Origin: Rebecca billardiae RCC1528 | Lineage: Eukaryota > Protista > Haptophyta | Direction: 5' to 3' | Assembly: GCA_965240325.2 (NCBI GenBank) | Contig: OZ251234.1 | Location: 1,488,001 to 1,552,000 of the forward strand | Length of the DNA: 64,000 nt | Part shown: positions 42,798 to 53,636 of the stretch, piece by piece | How positions within the stretch are numbered: the first letter of the stretch is position 1 | How the letters are laid out: each line of letters starts with the position of its first letter | Made by a program: the position numbers and the translations under genes | The notes under the pieces: generated by a model | Seen by the model: the letters and a program-made list of their open reading frames with translations, nothing else | The model's database searches: none | Told to the model about the DNA's origin: nothing

Positions 42798-43973
42798 TCA
42801 CAACGCGGCGATGCGCAGCCGCAGCTGCGACTCCGAGACCACCTCGACACGCGTGCGCACGAGCTCGCGGCCGCGCGGCGGCGCTGCCGCCGCTGCCGCC
42901 GCTGCCGCCGGCTGGGCGCGGCCATCCGGCTGCGCCAGCGGCGAGCGCGCGTCGGAGGAAGCGGCGCATCGCGACGGTACAGCCGCGCGTGGCTCCGCCT
43001 TCGTGGCGCGGCCGCCGGCCGCACCCGGCGGCGCCGTCGCGTTGCCTCGCGCCGCCGCGCCGCCCTTGCCGTCGGCAGCCAGCGCGCGGCGCAGCGCGGC
43101 CTCGATCGCTTCATCATCCTCCGCCTCCTGGGCCGCCTCGGCGCCGGCGAGGCGGAGCGTGAGGAGGACGAGGTCGGGCTCGCCGAGGGCAGGCTCCTGT
43201 AGCATGAGCTCGAGGGCGTCCGGAGGCTCGAGCACGTCCAGGGAGACGGCGACGAGGTCGGCGCCGCCGGGCGGCAGCGGCGGCGCCCGAGGCTTGGCAG
43301 GCTGAGCGGCCGCGCGCTCGCATGCGTCCGCGCGCGGCGGTGCTGGCATCGGCTGGGGTGCGGGTTGTGGGGCGGCGGCGACGGACGCGGGCGCAGGTGG
43401 CCGTGTGCGCGCGGCGGAGGGTGCCGCCGTCGGCGCCCGCTCCCGCCCACTCGCGCGATCAGGCGCCGGCCCGGCAGCGACCGCGCGAGCCCAGCTTGGG
43501 AGCGTGCTCCAGCCGCCACCCGGCCCCGCGGGCGGAGGCGGCGCAGCTGGAGGGTCGGAGGGCTGGTCGGGCACGCGTGGGGGCGGCGGCGGCGCTTTAT
43601 GCGCGCGCGTCGCGCGCCCGCCCGCCGCGCTTAGCGCCCAGCCGGGCAGGGCGGCCCACGCGCTCGTGCCGTGCTCAGCGCCTGCGCAGCGCGCGCCGGC
43701 CTCGCTCTCGTCCTCGACGGCGGGCGCGGCGCCGGCGGGGCGCAGGCTGCCGAGCTGCACGGCGAACAGGCGCACCAAGCTCCACACCACACGCGCTGCG
43801 GATAGGAGCGCGACCGCCCAGGCCGAGCGCTGCGCCGTGCGGCTCGGAGGCATCGGAGATGCGACCGCGAAGCGGCGGAGGCGCGGAGGCGTGAACGCGA
43901 CTGTCGAGACATACTTATCGTCCGGACCCGGTCCGGCGGCAGGAGCACTGGTTCCGTCGCTCATCGTGCTCAT
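42798..43973 (-). CDS. Hypothetical protein (~391 aa), possible hydrophobic segment
   Basis: ORF from MSTMSDG. It has globular-looking blocks (DLVAVSLDVLEPPDALELMLQEPALGEPDLVLLTLRL; ELVRTRVEVVSESQLRLRIAAL) between low-complexity linkers. Confidence 0.6.
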   Translation of the reverse strand: MSTMSDGTSAPAAGPGPDDKYVSTVAFTPPRLRRFAVASPMPPSRTAQRSAWAVALLSAARVVWSLVRLFAVQLGSLRPAGAAPAVEDESEAGARCAGAEHGTSAWAALPGWALSAAGGRATRAHKAPPPPPRVPDQPSDPPAAPPPPAGPGGGWSTLPSWARAVAAGPAPDRASGRERAPTAAPSAARTRPPAPASVAAAPQPAPQPMPAPPRADACERAAAQPAKPRAPPLPPGGADLVAVSLDVLEPPDALELMLQEPALGEPDLVLLTLRLAGAEAAQEAEDDEAIEAALRRALAADGKGGAAARGNATAPPGAAGGRATKAEPRAAVPSRCAASSDARSPLAQPDGRAQPAAAAAAAAAPPRGRELVRTRVEVVSESQLRLRIAAL

Positions 43974-44016
43974 CGTTCGGGCGGCGTGAACACGACTGCT
44001 GGGCGCGCGCGCTGCG

Positions 44017-45869
44017 ATGCCACCTCGCGTCGCGCTTGGCGTGGCCGTCGCGCTCGGCGTGCTCGCGAGTTGCGCGCACGCGTGGGGCCCGCTCGCGAGC
44101 CGAAGCGCCCTGCGACCCCGCCCCGAGGCGCGCGTCGCGCGCCGGAGCGCTGTCGCACACGTGCACGCGGCCGCCAAGAAGAAGAAGGGCGGCGGCAAGA
44201 AAAAGGCTGGCGCCAAGCCAAAGGGCGCGCCTGCGCCGCCGAGCGCCGCGCAGGGCGTGGCGCCCGCGGGCGTAGAGCCGCCCACGCCTCCGTCCGCCGC
44301 CGCTGCGCCGCCGCCGCCGTCGGCCACGCCCGTCGCGGCCGCGGCGCCGCCGGCGGTCGCGCCGAGCAGCGGCACTGGCGGCGATCTCGAGAGCAATCTC
44401 GGCTTCGCCTCGGCGGTGGAGGAGATGGAGGAGGTCGAGGCCGAGGGCGACGGCGCGTCCTCCTTCGTCCCGCCCGACGCCGCGCCGAACACGCAGCTCA
44501 GCACCGACGGCGTCCTCAACCTGCCTTCCTATGACGACTGGAAGGCGAAGCAGGGGCAGGCGGTGCAGGAGGGTGGCGGCGGCGCGCTCACGCCCGAGCA
44601 GGTCGCCGAGCGGCGGCGCCGACGACGGGCGGCGCGAGAGGGGGGCGCCGCCGCCGCGCCCGCCGCGCCCGCTGCTCCAGGCGCGGCCCCGGTCTCGGCG
44701 GACGCCGGGCCGCCCGCCCCGGCCGCCGCCGACGTCGCCGCCGCTCCCGCCGCCGCCGCCGCCGCAAACACCGCAGACGCCGGCGATGCTCCGTCGGCTG
44801 ATGGGCCGACCCCGGCGGGCGACACAGCCGCCACCTTTGCCGAGCGCGCCGCACGCCGCCGCGAGCGGCGCGCGGACGCGGAGCGTGCCGCCGCGGAGGA
44901 GGCGGCCGTCGAGGCCGAGCTCGCGGCGAAGGCCGCGCGCGCCGCCGCCGCCGCCTCGGAGGGCGTGTCGACACCCATCGACCCTCGCGCGCTCGCCGCC
45001 GCCGCCGCCGCGACTGAGGAGCGCAAGCGTCGGCAGGAGCTGCTGCTGCTCGACCCGACGGCGGACGTGTTCGCGCGCGAGCCGACGGCGAGCGGCGGCG
45101 CGGCGCGGCGCGGCGCGGACGACGGCGCCGACGGGTACGACTGGTTCTCGGCCATCCTCGGCGAGGGCCAGCGCACCGGCGTCGGCAATTTCTTCCTCAC
45201 GCCGTATCTGCAGTCAGGGTACGTAGTAGTGCCGCGCCGGACCGCGCCGCGCCGCGCGCGTGCCGAGCCGAGCCGAGCCGCGCGGCGCGCGCGCCGAGCG
45301 GCCGGCCGCGCGGCGCGCGTGTGGCGCACGTGCAGCGCGACTCGTCGGGCGGAGAGCCAGCCGCCGCCCGGCGGCGAGGCCGCCCCCGGGGCTCCGGGCG
45401 CGTCGGCTCGCTCTCCGCCGTGCGCCGTGCTTTTGTCACACCGCGCGAACGCGTTCGCGCGCGCGTGCACGCTGGCGTGCGGCCCGTGCGCGCTGACCTG
45501 CTGACCCGCCCGCCCTGCCCGTCGCGCTGCCCTGCCAACCGGCCGCGCCGACCGCGCCCGCTCGCCCCCGCCCCCGCGCCGCGCGCCTCCAGCCACATCA
45601 TCCTGCTGCTGGTGTCCCTCCTCACCGCCAACGTCTACTCACCGGACTTTCCGCTCACGGCGATTCCGCAGGAGTACCGCGAGCTGATCAAGCTCGCGCT
45701 CGTGATCACGTACGCCATCAACACGCTGGTCGCCGGGTATGCCGGCTTCGAGGCGAAGGCGCGCGGGCTGTCGGTGCCGTTCTGGGTCGGCAAGTGCTTC
45801 GTGCTCGGAGGCGTCGCGCTCAGCGAGCTCACGAGCATCTCGCGCAGCAAGGGCGACGAGCGCAACTGA
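44017..45869 (+). CDS. Predicted plastid-targeted membrane protein, join(44017..45218,45593..45869)
   Basis: Bipartite-type N-terminus (signal MPPRVALGVAVALGVLASCAHA-W, then an R/S/A-rich transit-like region). A GT-AG intron joins PYLQSG|HIILLLVSLL in frame. There are 2-3 C-terminal hydrophobic helices. Confidence 0.8.
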
Positions 45870-46248
45870 GGCGAATCGAAAGTCGAAACGACACTACTGT
45901 CTACTCACTACTACTAGCTACGACGACAGCGACACCGTTGTGGTGTGCCCAGGGCCGTCGGTCACCAAGTCACTGCTGGCAGACACTCACTGGCACTTGC
46001 CGACTTGGGCAGTGAGTCATCAGTGACTTGCCCGCCAAAGGCAAAGTGACTTGGCAGCAGCGCGCAACTGCAAGTGCACCGTTACTGTACAGCTCTGTCA
46101 TCAAGCATTATATTGAGACTACCGTCGCGTAGCAGTAGTTCTAGTGGCGCGAGACGTTATATAGCACGCGGTGCCACTGAGGCTGTCAGCCCGCGAGCGT
46201 GGCCGTGCGCCCGGCCCCGGTGGCGCTGATGACAGATGAGTCGTGATG

Positions 46249-47465
46249 TCAGTTACCACTGCTGGCACCGTCACTAAGCAGCAGTCGACCCATGCGCGCA
46301 AACGGGCAGCCGCCGCCGGCGGCAGAGCGGCCGGTGCTGCCGCTCGTCGTCCCGCGAGCGCGTCGCGCGCGCGTTGGCGACGCATCGAGCCGCCGCGCCG
46401 CCGTCGCGGCGCTCGCGCCCGCAGCGCGCTCAGCGGATGCGCCGCCGCCACGCGCGCTGCCCGTCTTGACGAGCCACGCCGCCGGCGCGGCCCCCGGCTC
46501 TGACTCCGTCGAGGTCATGCGGCACGCGTCCGGCACCTCGAACGCGGCCGGGTCGACGTGCGCGTGCCAGTCGGTCACGGCGTGGTCGACGACCCACGAG
46601 CCGTCGGGCGAGGCGAGGGAGTGCCACAGCGGCACGCCGAGCGCGTGCCGGGCCGCGCCGCCCGCGCCGCGCGCGCCGCGCTCCGGCGGCGGCGCGTGCA
46701 CAGGTTCAAAGGAGACGTTGAGAACGGACCCTGGTGGCATCTGCGAGCCGGGGAAGCCCGGCCAGGTCTGCGTCCAGAGCTGCGCGCGCGCGGAGCCGAT
46801 GCTCGTCGAGCCGGCGTGGGTCATGTTGATCAGCTCGGTCTGCGTGCACAGACCCGGGTACGGCGGGTGCTCGAGCGTGGGCGTGGCGACACGCGTGCAG
46901 CTCGTCTGCGCCGTCTTGTCCGTGCGCATCATGTACAGCACGTCGCCGCGCGCCGCGGACCAGAACTCCAGGAGCGAGAGGGACTGCACGCCCCAGTGCA
47001 GGTCGAAGCGCATGCTCACGTGCGTGTCGTTCTCCACCGTGTACGCCACGCCGTCCACGGCGCTCTCGATCTTGACGTCGAACAGTGAGGACCAGTAGCC
47101 TTGGAACTGCGGGCCGGCGCGCGCGGGAGGCAGGCGGGCGCGGGCGGGGTCGTGGGCTGCGTGATCGATCGCAGGCGCAGCACGTGACGATCCTCCCCGC
47201 GCAGGCTCACCCGGAGAGTCGACGGCGAGAGCACGCACATGTTGCCCGCCGCCTCCTCCTCCTGCTGCTGCTGCTTGGCCCGGTGCAATTGAGCAGGCGC
47301 GCTCAAAGAAGAATGCTGGAGGGAGCCCGCCGTGAGGACGCCGGCAGCGAACGCGAGACCGAGAGACGCCGCGAGGAATAGCGGCTTGCGCTCGGCACGG
47401 ATATGCCCACCACGCCGTGAGTTGAAGGCCTCGTCTCTCAGAGGATCGCGGAGCGAGTCCGGCAT
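46249..47465 (-). CDS. Ependymin-related (EPDR/LolA-fold-like) protein, join(complement 47211..47465, 46249..47106)
   Basis: N-terminal anchor LFLAASLGLAFAAGVL; in-frame GT-AG intron; MRFD, SC, G...IG...AQLW and terminal VDPAAFEVPDAC, matching the ependymin DP..F..P..C motif. Confidence 0.65.
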
Positions 47466-48463
47466 GCTGATGACGACGATGAATAATAAGATTGATGACC
47501 GCGTTCCGCGGTCCTTCCGTAGAACCAACGTAGTTAGAGGCCCGCGGTGCACCCTCCGTTGCGCCTCGTGCCGGCAGAGCGAGAGCGCGCGCCACTGCTG
47601 CGGCCCCGCCCCCCGGGCCCGTGCGCTCACTCACGGCGCTGCGCAGCCGCGCACCGAGAGGCGAGACCGAGCGCGGAGCTCGGGGTGGAACGAGGCGAGC
47701 GGCGGGTCGCGCCTGCCGCCGCGCGTGCGCGCCTGCTCCACCGCGCCACCGTGCAGCGTGCTCGCCCGCCGCCTCCTCCGCCGCGTCGGCCTCGAAGCAG
47801 CGGCGGCCAGCCAGCCGACCGAGGCTGAGCCCGTGCGTGCTCACTCACCCGGCGCGGTGGCGCCCTCGAGTCGACGGCCGTCTACTCCACAGCTGGCTGC
47901 TCGAGCTGCTGCACGGGGCGTCGCGACGAGGGCGCCGCGCGCGCCCAGCCAGCGCGTCCGTCGCCGCGTCGCGCACGGCGCAGCGCGTCGAGCTCGGCGC
48001 CGCGCTTCCGGGCCAGCTCGGCGCCCAGCGCCTGCGCGCGCACGTGCTCCGATGCACGGCCCGAGTCAGCTGGGCGCCCGGCTGCGCGACCGAACGGGAA
48101 CCGGCGCGCGTTCCACGACTGTCACTGCTCCTGCTTGTCCTCACGCTGCTGCACCTCCACGCCGCCGTCGACCGAGTTGCTAAGGAGGAGCTCGCGCTCG
48201 ACGTCACGAGGAGCGAGCTCGCGTGCTCGAGCTCGCCCTTCAGCCGCGCTAGCTCCGGGCGCATCCGTTGCGTGCTCGCGGCGCGCTCCTCCTCTAGCAA
48301 CGAACGAGCTTACGCGTAGTGCTCCGGACTCGGCTCGCCCTTGCGCGCTCCTCCTCGAGGACGAACGCGCCCGCGCGGGCAGGGCCCGCGCCCGGGTAAA
48401 AAACCAGGTGCATCTAATCTCCCGTAACGGTCGAGCACCCCTCGCTGGGCGAGGGGTGCGGCG

Positions 48464-49217
48464 GAAAGGACAGTGGGACACAGGGGACTTTGGTCCCGCG
48501 CCCCTCTCGCGGGCTCTGGCGCGCGAACGCTTCGTCACTACTGGCCGCCGAGCCGGAGATTGGCGCTCCGTGCACCAACAAAGACATCCCCAGCCGCATG
48601 TTGCCACTCGACACCTCGTCTCGCCTCGCGCGGAGCCAACTTGTGGTGTGCGGGAGCCACCCGTAGCACACTGGGCCGTGTAGCGACGCGCGTGGCGGGT
48701 CAACAGTGCATCGCGAGGGTGTCGCACGCGCAATCCGTTGAGTACATACTCATGTCTGTCCCATGGCACGTCATGCACCGCCTGTCGACACCTCGTCTCG
48801 CTTCGCGCGGCGCCAACTTGTGGTGTGCGGGAGCTACCCGAAGCACAGGCTGTGCTGCACGCGGCGCGTCGCGAGTCGGGAGTGCATCGGCGCACACGGC
48901 GGCGCACGACGTGCCATGGGACAGACATGAGTATGTACTCAACGGATTGCGCGTGCGACGCCTTCGCGATGCACTGTTGACCCGCCACGCGCGTCGCTAC
49001 ACGGCCCAGTGTGCTACGGGTGGCTCCCGCACACCACAAGTTGGCTCCGCGCGAGGCGAGACGAGGTGTCGAGTGGCAACATGCGGCTGGGGATGTCTTT
49101 GTTGGTGCACGGAGCGCCGCTCTCCACCTCGGGGATCCAGTAGTGACAAAGCGTTCGCGCGCCAGAGCCCGCGAGAGGGGCGCGGGACCAAAGTCCCCTG
49201 TGTCCCACTGTCCTTTC
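48464..49217. repeat. Long inverted repeat (~320-bp arms, ~115-bp spacer), foldback/MITE-like
   Basis: GAAAGGACAGTGGGACAC... at 48464 pairs with ...GTGTCCCACTGTCCTTTC at 49217. The spacer holds a third, diverged copy of part of the arm. No TSD found. Confidence 0.9.
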
Positions 49218-49380
49218 TGTTGGCGGTGTCGCAGAGCGACCCGCCGGCCGTTTCAGGGCCATTAGAAGGCGGTGGTAAAAAACCTGCTGTGTTCGGCCTC
49301 CATCCAATACCGGGTGCCGTTCGTCATAGTTCAGACTCGGCCAATCGGTAATCGGATGCGACGCATCATACTCGCCGGGA

Positions 49381-49712
49381 GCGCAAAGGTTCGTCGTCAG
49401 TACAGTTTACTATGTTTTAACGTGCACACTTGGTTAAGGCGTGATTGACGCCATCCAACACTGCACAAAGACACCGCCACAAAACAGAACAGTTGAGTAC
49501 TTGACGGATTTTTGGTAGGACCTCCATGCATCACTGCGCTTGGGTCTCGTCCCATTTGGCAGCGCGCAAAGGTTCGTCGTTAGTAAAGTTGAGTAATTTG
49601 GCAGCGCGCAAAGGTTCGTCGTTAGTAAAGTTGAGTACTTGACGAGACTTTTTGCCAGGAGCCCAGGACCTCCATCGCACGCGCTTGCAAGGGTCCTCGT
49701 CCTATTTGGCAA
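49381..49712. repeat. Degenerate tandem repeat (GCGCAAAGGTTCGTCGTYAGTAMAGTTGAGTA..., 3 copies); the first copy is interrupted by an 81-bp insert
   Basis: Unit starts near 49381, 49564 and 49605. The insert 49408-49488 is flanked by ACAGTT direct repeats. Confidence 0.85.
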
Positions 49713-50227
49713 CATTATGGTCGTATGAAGATTTACAACAAATCGCAGATTCGTTCACCCAGATATACTGACAAATGCACGTCCACAGGCTCACGTCCGT
49801 CCGTAGATACGGAATTGGAGCGGGCGCGGCTATTTCGTCAATCGAGTCTTGCTAATGCAAAGCAATGGGCCAATGTACCCCTCGAAAAAGCGAAAACTCA
49901 CCCTCCAACAGCCCTCAAAATCGTCCCCCGTCCCCTTTTCTTTGATCAAAAGATCTTTTTGACAACGTAGTGAGGGCCCCCGGCGGGGCTCCACGCTACG
50001 CGCTCCGCCCTGCACCGCGGGCCATAATATTGAATCGATCTAGTAGTAGCAGTAGTACAGATAATTTTATTATTGGAATAATCTCCGCCATATTATTCCA
50101 AGTGGTCGGCGGGCCCTGACTCTGCCGTCGTTGACCGTAGTCGTCATGCGGCAGAGGCTCGGCCGGCCGACGAGTCGACTCGCCAGCCAGCAGTACATAG
50201 CGGCGCTTAGCCAGTGCCGCCCACCGC

Positions 50228-52457
50228 TCACCGCCGCCTGGATGCGACCGACGCCGACGAACGCGCCGCCGACGCCGCCTGCCTACCCGCGGCTGAGATC
50301 GAGTTGGCTGTGACTGTGAATGGGAAGAAGACATCGTCCGGCAGCGGGGCGAAGATGCCTGGGGGCGGCGGGACAAACTCGGCCGCGGCGCCCGCGGGCA
50401 CGTCGACGAACGAGACCGTGACCGTGTACAGCTGGCGCGGGGACTGCACCCAGCGCCAGGTCGACTTGGAGAACGAGAGCCGCGCGCCGATCACCTGCCG
50501 CTGCAGGTCGACCGCCGCGCCGAACGACGAGGTGAGCACGGTGATGTTGGCGGCGGTCACCAGGTTGGAGCACGACAGCTCGTCCTCGTCCCACTCCGGG
50601 TCGCCGACCGAGTCGTCCTTGAGCAGCTGGAGCCAGTCGTCCGGGCTGGAGCCCTGCGAGTCGCCGTACCGGCCGATGCGCTCGTCCGTGATGTTCTGCG
50701 AGTAGGGCTGCTCCTCCGACTGAGCGCCGCCACGCGCGCGCGCAAGCGCGCGCGCAGGACGCACATGCGCACCGCGCGCGCGCGTGAGCGCGTGGCGCAG
50801 GGACCGCCGGCACAGGCAGGGTGCGCGGGGGCCCGCGCCGCGCGCGCGTGCGCGCGCGCACCTCGCAGTTCGAGCGCAGCGCGCCCAGCCCCCAGCCCAG
50901 CTCGCACGTGTACACGGCGTCCTCGCCGAAGAGCACGCGGTGAACAAGCTGCTCCGCGCCGAACGGCGGCCGGGCGTCGAAGGCGCACCGGCCGTCGGCG
51001 GCGCGCGAGACCAGAGCGATCAGGCCGTGCGTGGACTGGCGGACCTGGTCGTCGCCTTTCTCCTCACCCGAGAGCACGGGCAGCCCGGGCAGGTACCCCG
51101 GCCTCCCCGAGCGCGGCCGCCAGTCGCCCTCGGCGCTCTCGTCCTCGAAGAAGACGCCGAACGCGCGCTCGATAGCGGTCACGCCCGCGGGAACGTCCGC
51201 CAGCACCAAATACGCCTCGGCGGCGGTGATCGTGCCGCCCGCGTCGAAGTCGAGGCGCAGCGTGGCCTCGAGGAGCGTGTTGAGGCAGGTGGTCCCGTTG
51301 AACACCGAGGGCTCGGGCACGCCGCCGAGAGCGTCCAGATCGAGCTCCGACCTGCGGCGCGGCGGCGGCCGCCATCAGTATATCATTGGCGCGGCGCACG
51401 CGGCGGTCAATTCACGGCAGCCGTGCGGCGCGCGCGCAGCGTGGCGCGTCAGACGCGCGCGCGGAGGGCTGGGCGGCGAGCGCATGGGGAGGGAAGGCGG
51501 GGCGTGGGCCGGCGCGCGCGCGCGAGCGCACCTCTCGCGCGCCACGTCGCCGTACACCACCTTCTCCACCCGCTTGACCGACACGCCGATCGATTCGTAT
51601 CCGTTGGTGTCGGGCGCGTCCGAGGTGGCGCCGATGCGCAGCCCGTCGTACTGGGAGCCGTCGAGCTCGGTGCCGGCGGCGCAGCGGGAGAGGAGCGAGC
51701 GCGCGCCGGTGGGCGTGAAGTACGACGCGCAGCGCGACACCGGCTCGTTGTGCAGGAAGCGGATCGGCGCCGCCTCGTCGCACGCGCCCGACAGAGCGCC
51801 GAGACCGCCGCCGCCTGCCGATGGCAGCAGCAGGGGCCCCCACTGCTCGACGGACGCGCTGCCTGACGCGCCGCGGCGCAGCGGCTGGCCGGGCGCGTAG
51901 TTCGAGTCGTTCGGGTCTGCCTCGACCCCGGCCTCCACGTACTGCCCAAACGACGAGTTCAGCCGCAGCGCCTCGTCAAAGTCGGCGTCCTCCTCAATCG
52001 TGCCGAGCGGCGCGATGAAGTCACCATATGAGGCCGAGTTGTCGACGACGACGCAGAGCACGTGGTCGAGTGGGTTCTCGGGGCTCTGCTCCCACGCCGC
52101 GCGGGTGAGCACCGTGTCGGGCAGGCTGCCGTCCACCACCGCGTCCGTGCACATGCGCACGGACGCGCGCGCGCGCGGCACCGCCTGCTCGGCGCAGTTC
52201 CACAGCTCGTTTCGAAGCTTGTCCGAGCACGACGAGTCGCAGCAGCAGTTGGGGTCGCACGCGGAGGCGGTGAGGTCGCAGGCGCACGACGTGTTGCCCT
52301 GCGTGACGAAGCCAGAGTCGGTCGGCGTCCCCGCGAAGCGCACCTCGTCCTCGCTGCCCTCGTCTGAGAAGTAGCGCGAGCCCAGCCACGGCCATTCGGC
52401 GCGCGTGCGGCCGACGAGCACGGCGCCGGCGAGCGCGAGCAGCACAGCGTGGCGCAT
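50228..52457 (-). CDS. TCTN: Tectonic (ciliary transition zone), join(complement 51532..52457, 50862..51351, 50228..50719)
   Basis: Signal peptide; CACDLTASACDPNCCCDSSC signature; RSGRPGYLPGLP motif; C-terminal LPDDVFFPF; two GT-AG introns that keep frame. Confidence 0.92.
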
Positions 52458-52790
52458 GCTCACTGAGCAGGGGGCGGCGGTGGTCCTGCGCTACGCACGA
52501 CGCGTGGCGCCAACACCGCCACGCGGACGCGCGAGGCTGCGTTGTCGGCGGGTGGGCTTGCCAGCGGCGGCTGGGCGAAAGCCAAGGGCTGCAAGAAAGG
52601 CAGCAGCCGCCACGCTCTTGCAAGCCCAACCTAACGGTCGCGCGCGGCGCGGCAGCCATCGTCGGGCGGCGGCAGACGGTTGCGGCAGCGCCCCCGCCGG
52701 CAACCCAGGCCGCGTGCGCAGGGCCGAGCGGCGGCTGCCCCGTGGCCCTCGCGCGGCGCCTGGCAGTGCGCCCGCCACGCGTCGGGCCCC

Positions 52791-53393
52791 ATGCCCCCCA
52801 ACGACGCGTTCGGCGCCGACCCGGCCGTGGCCAAGGCGTCGTACGTCGGCAAGGTCGCCACGCTGTACGTCCTGCTCTTCGTCGATGCCACGCTCAACGC
52901 GGTGGCGGACACACAGCAGACGACGCTGGAGCTCGCCATCTTCGTCACATTCTTGCAGATCCTCCTGCGCTTCCTTTCGCTGATGATGCTCTTCTTGCTC
53001 GCCACGACGACGTTGCTCTTCCGGGTGCGCACGCGGCCTCTGCGCCCACCGACCCCGCCTTCGTGCCGCGCGCGCGTCTGATTCGGCGTGCGCGCTGCCC
53101 TGCGTGGCCGCCCGCAGGCCGGGATGCTCGACGTGCTCCTGCGCCAGTTCGCCAACGTCATCGCCTCTTCGGTGGTGGGCATGCTGCTCATGCTCGCGCT
53201 GCGCATCTTCCGCATCCTCCTGCTCTTCTATCGGGTGGAGCCCGCCACCTATTTTGCGGTCGACGGGTACATGGCGCTGTACGTGATCCACAACCTGTTC
53301 AGCGTGCTGCTGTACTGGCTGAGCATCGCTGCGACGTTCAGGCTGAGCGACCCTTCGTTCTACGACCCCGGTGTGTGGCGCCGAGTGGGCTGA
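52791..53393 (+). CDS. TMEM138: TMEM138 (ciliary membrane protein), join(52791..53024,53118..53393), 169 aa
   Basis: Tetraspan pattern with D...N, Q, T..FRAG....L...F, DG...L, RLSDP.FY...W, matching recalled human TMEM138 (TFVFQAGL..LL..KF; RLGDPHFY...W). Confidence 0.88.
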
Positions 53394-53636
53394 TGTCGTG
53401 GACCAACGCCGTCCGGTCCGTAGGCCAGCTCCGGGCAACTACGCGCCGTGGATATTGCCGACTTGCCGAGTGCGGAGTGGCTGCTCCGAACGCAGATGAG
53501 GCGCGAGCGCCGGTCAGAGGTCACTAGGTCAGCCGTCGCTGAGGCCGTCGCCGTCGATGCGGATCGCATCATCGATCGGACCGTCGTCACACTAGCTGCT
53601 ACGGCAGATCTCCTTTATTAGTATTATAATAAAATT

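Larger units (their letters stand above)
47495..50025 (-). mobile_element. Non-autonomous Helitron2/Helentron-like element, copy D, with nested palindrome and tandem repeats
   Basis: Same termini. Perfect 13-bp subterminal inverted repeat GGCCCGCGGTGCA/TGCACCGCGGGCC. Body ~47570-48385 is homologous to E ~54365-55495. Confidence 0.85.
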
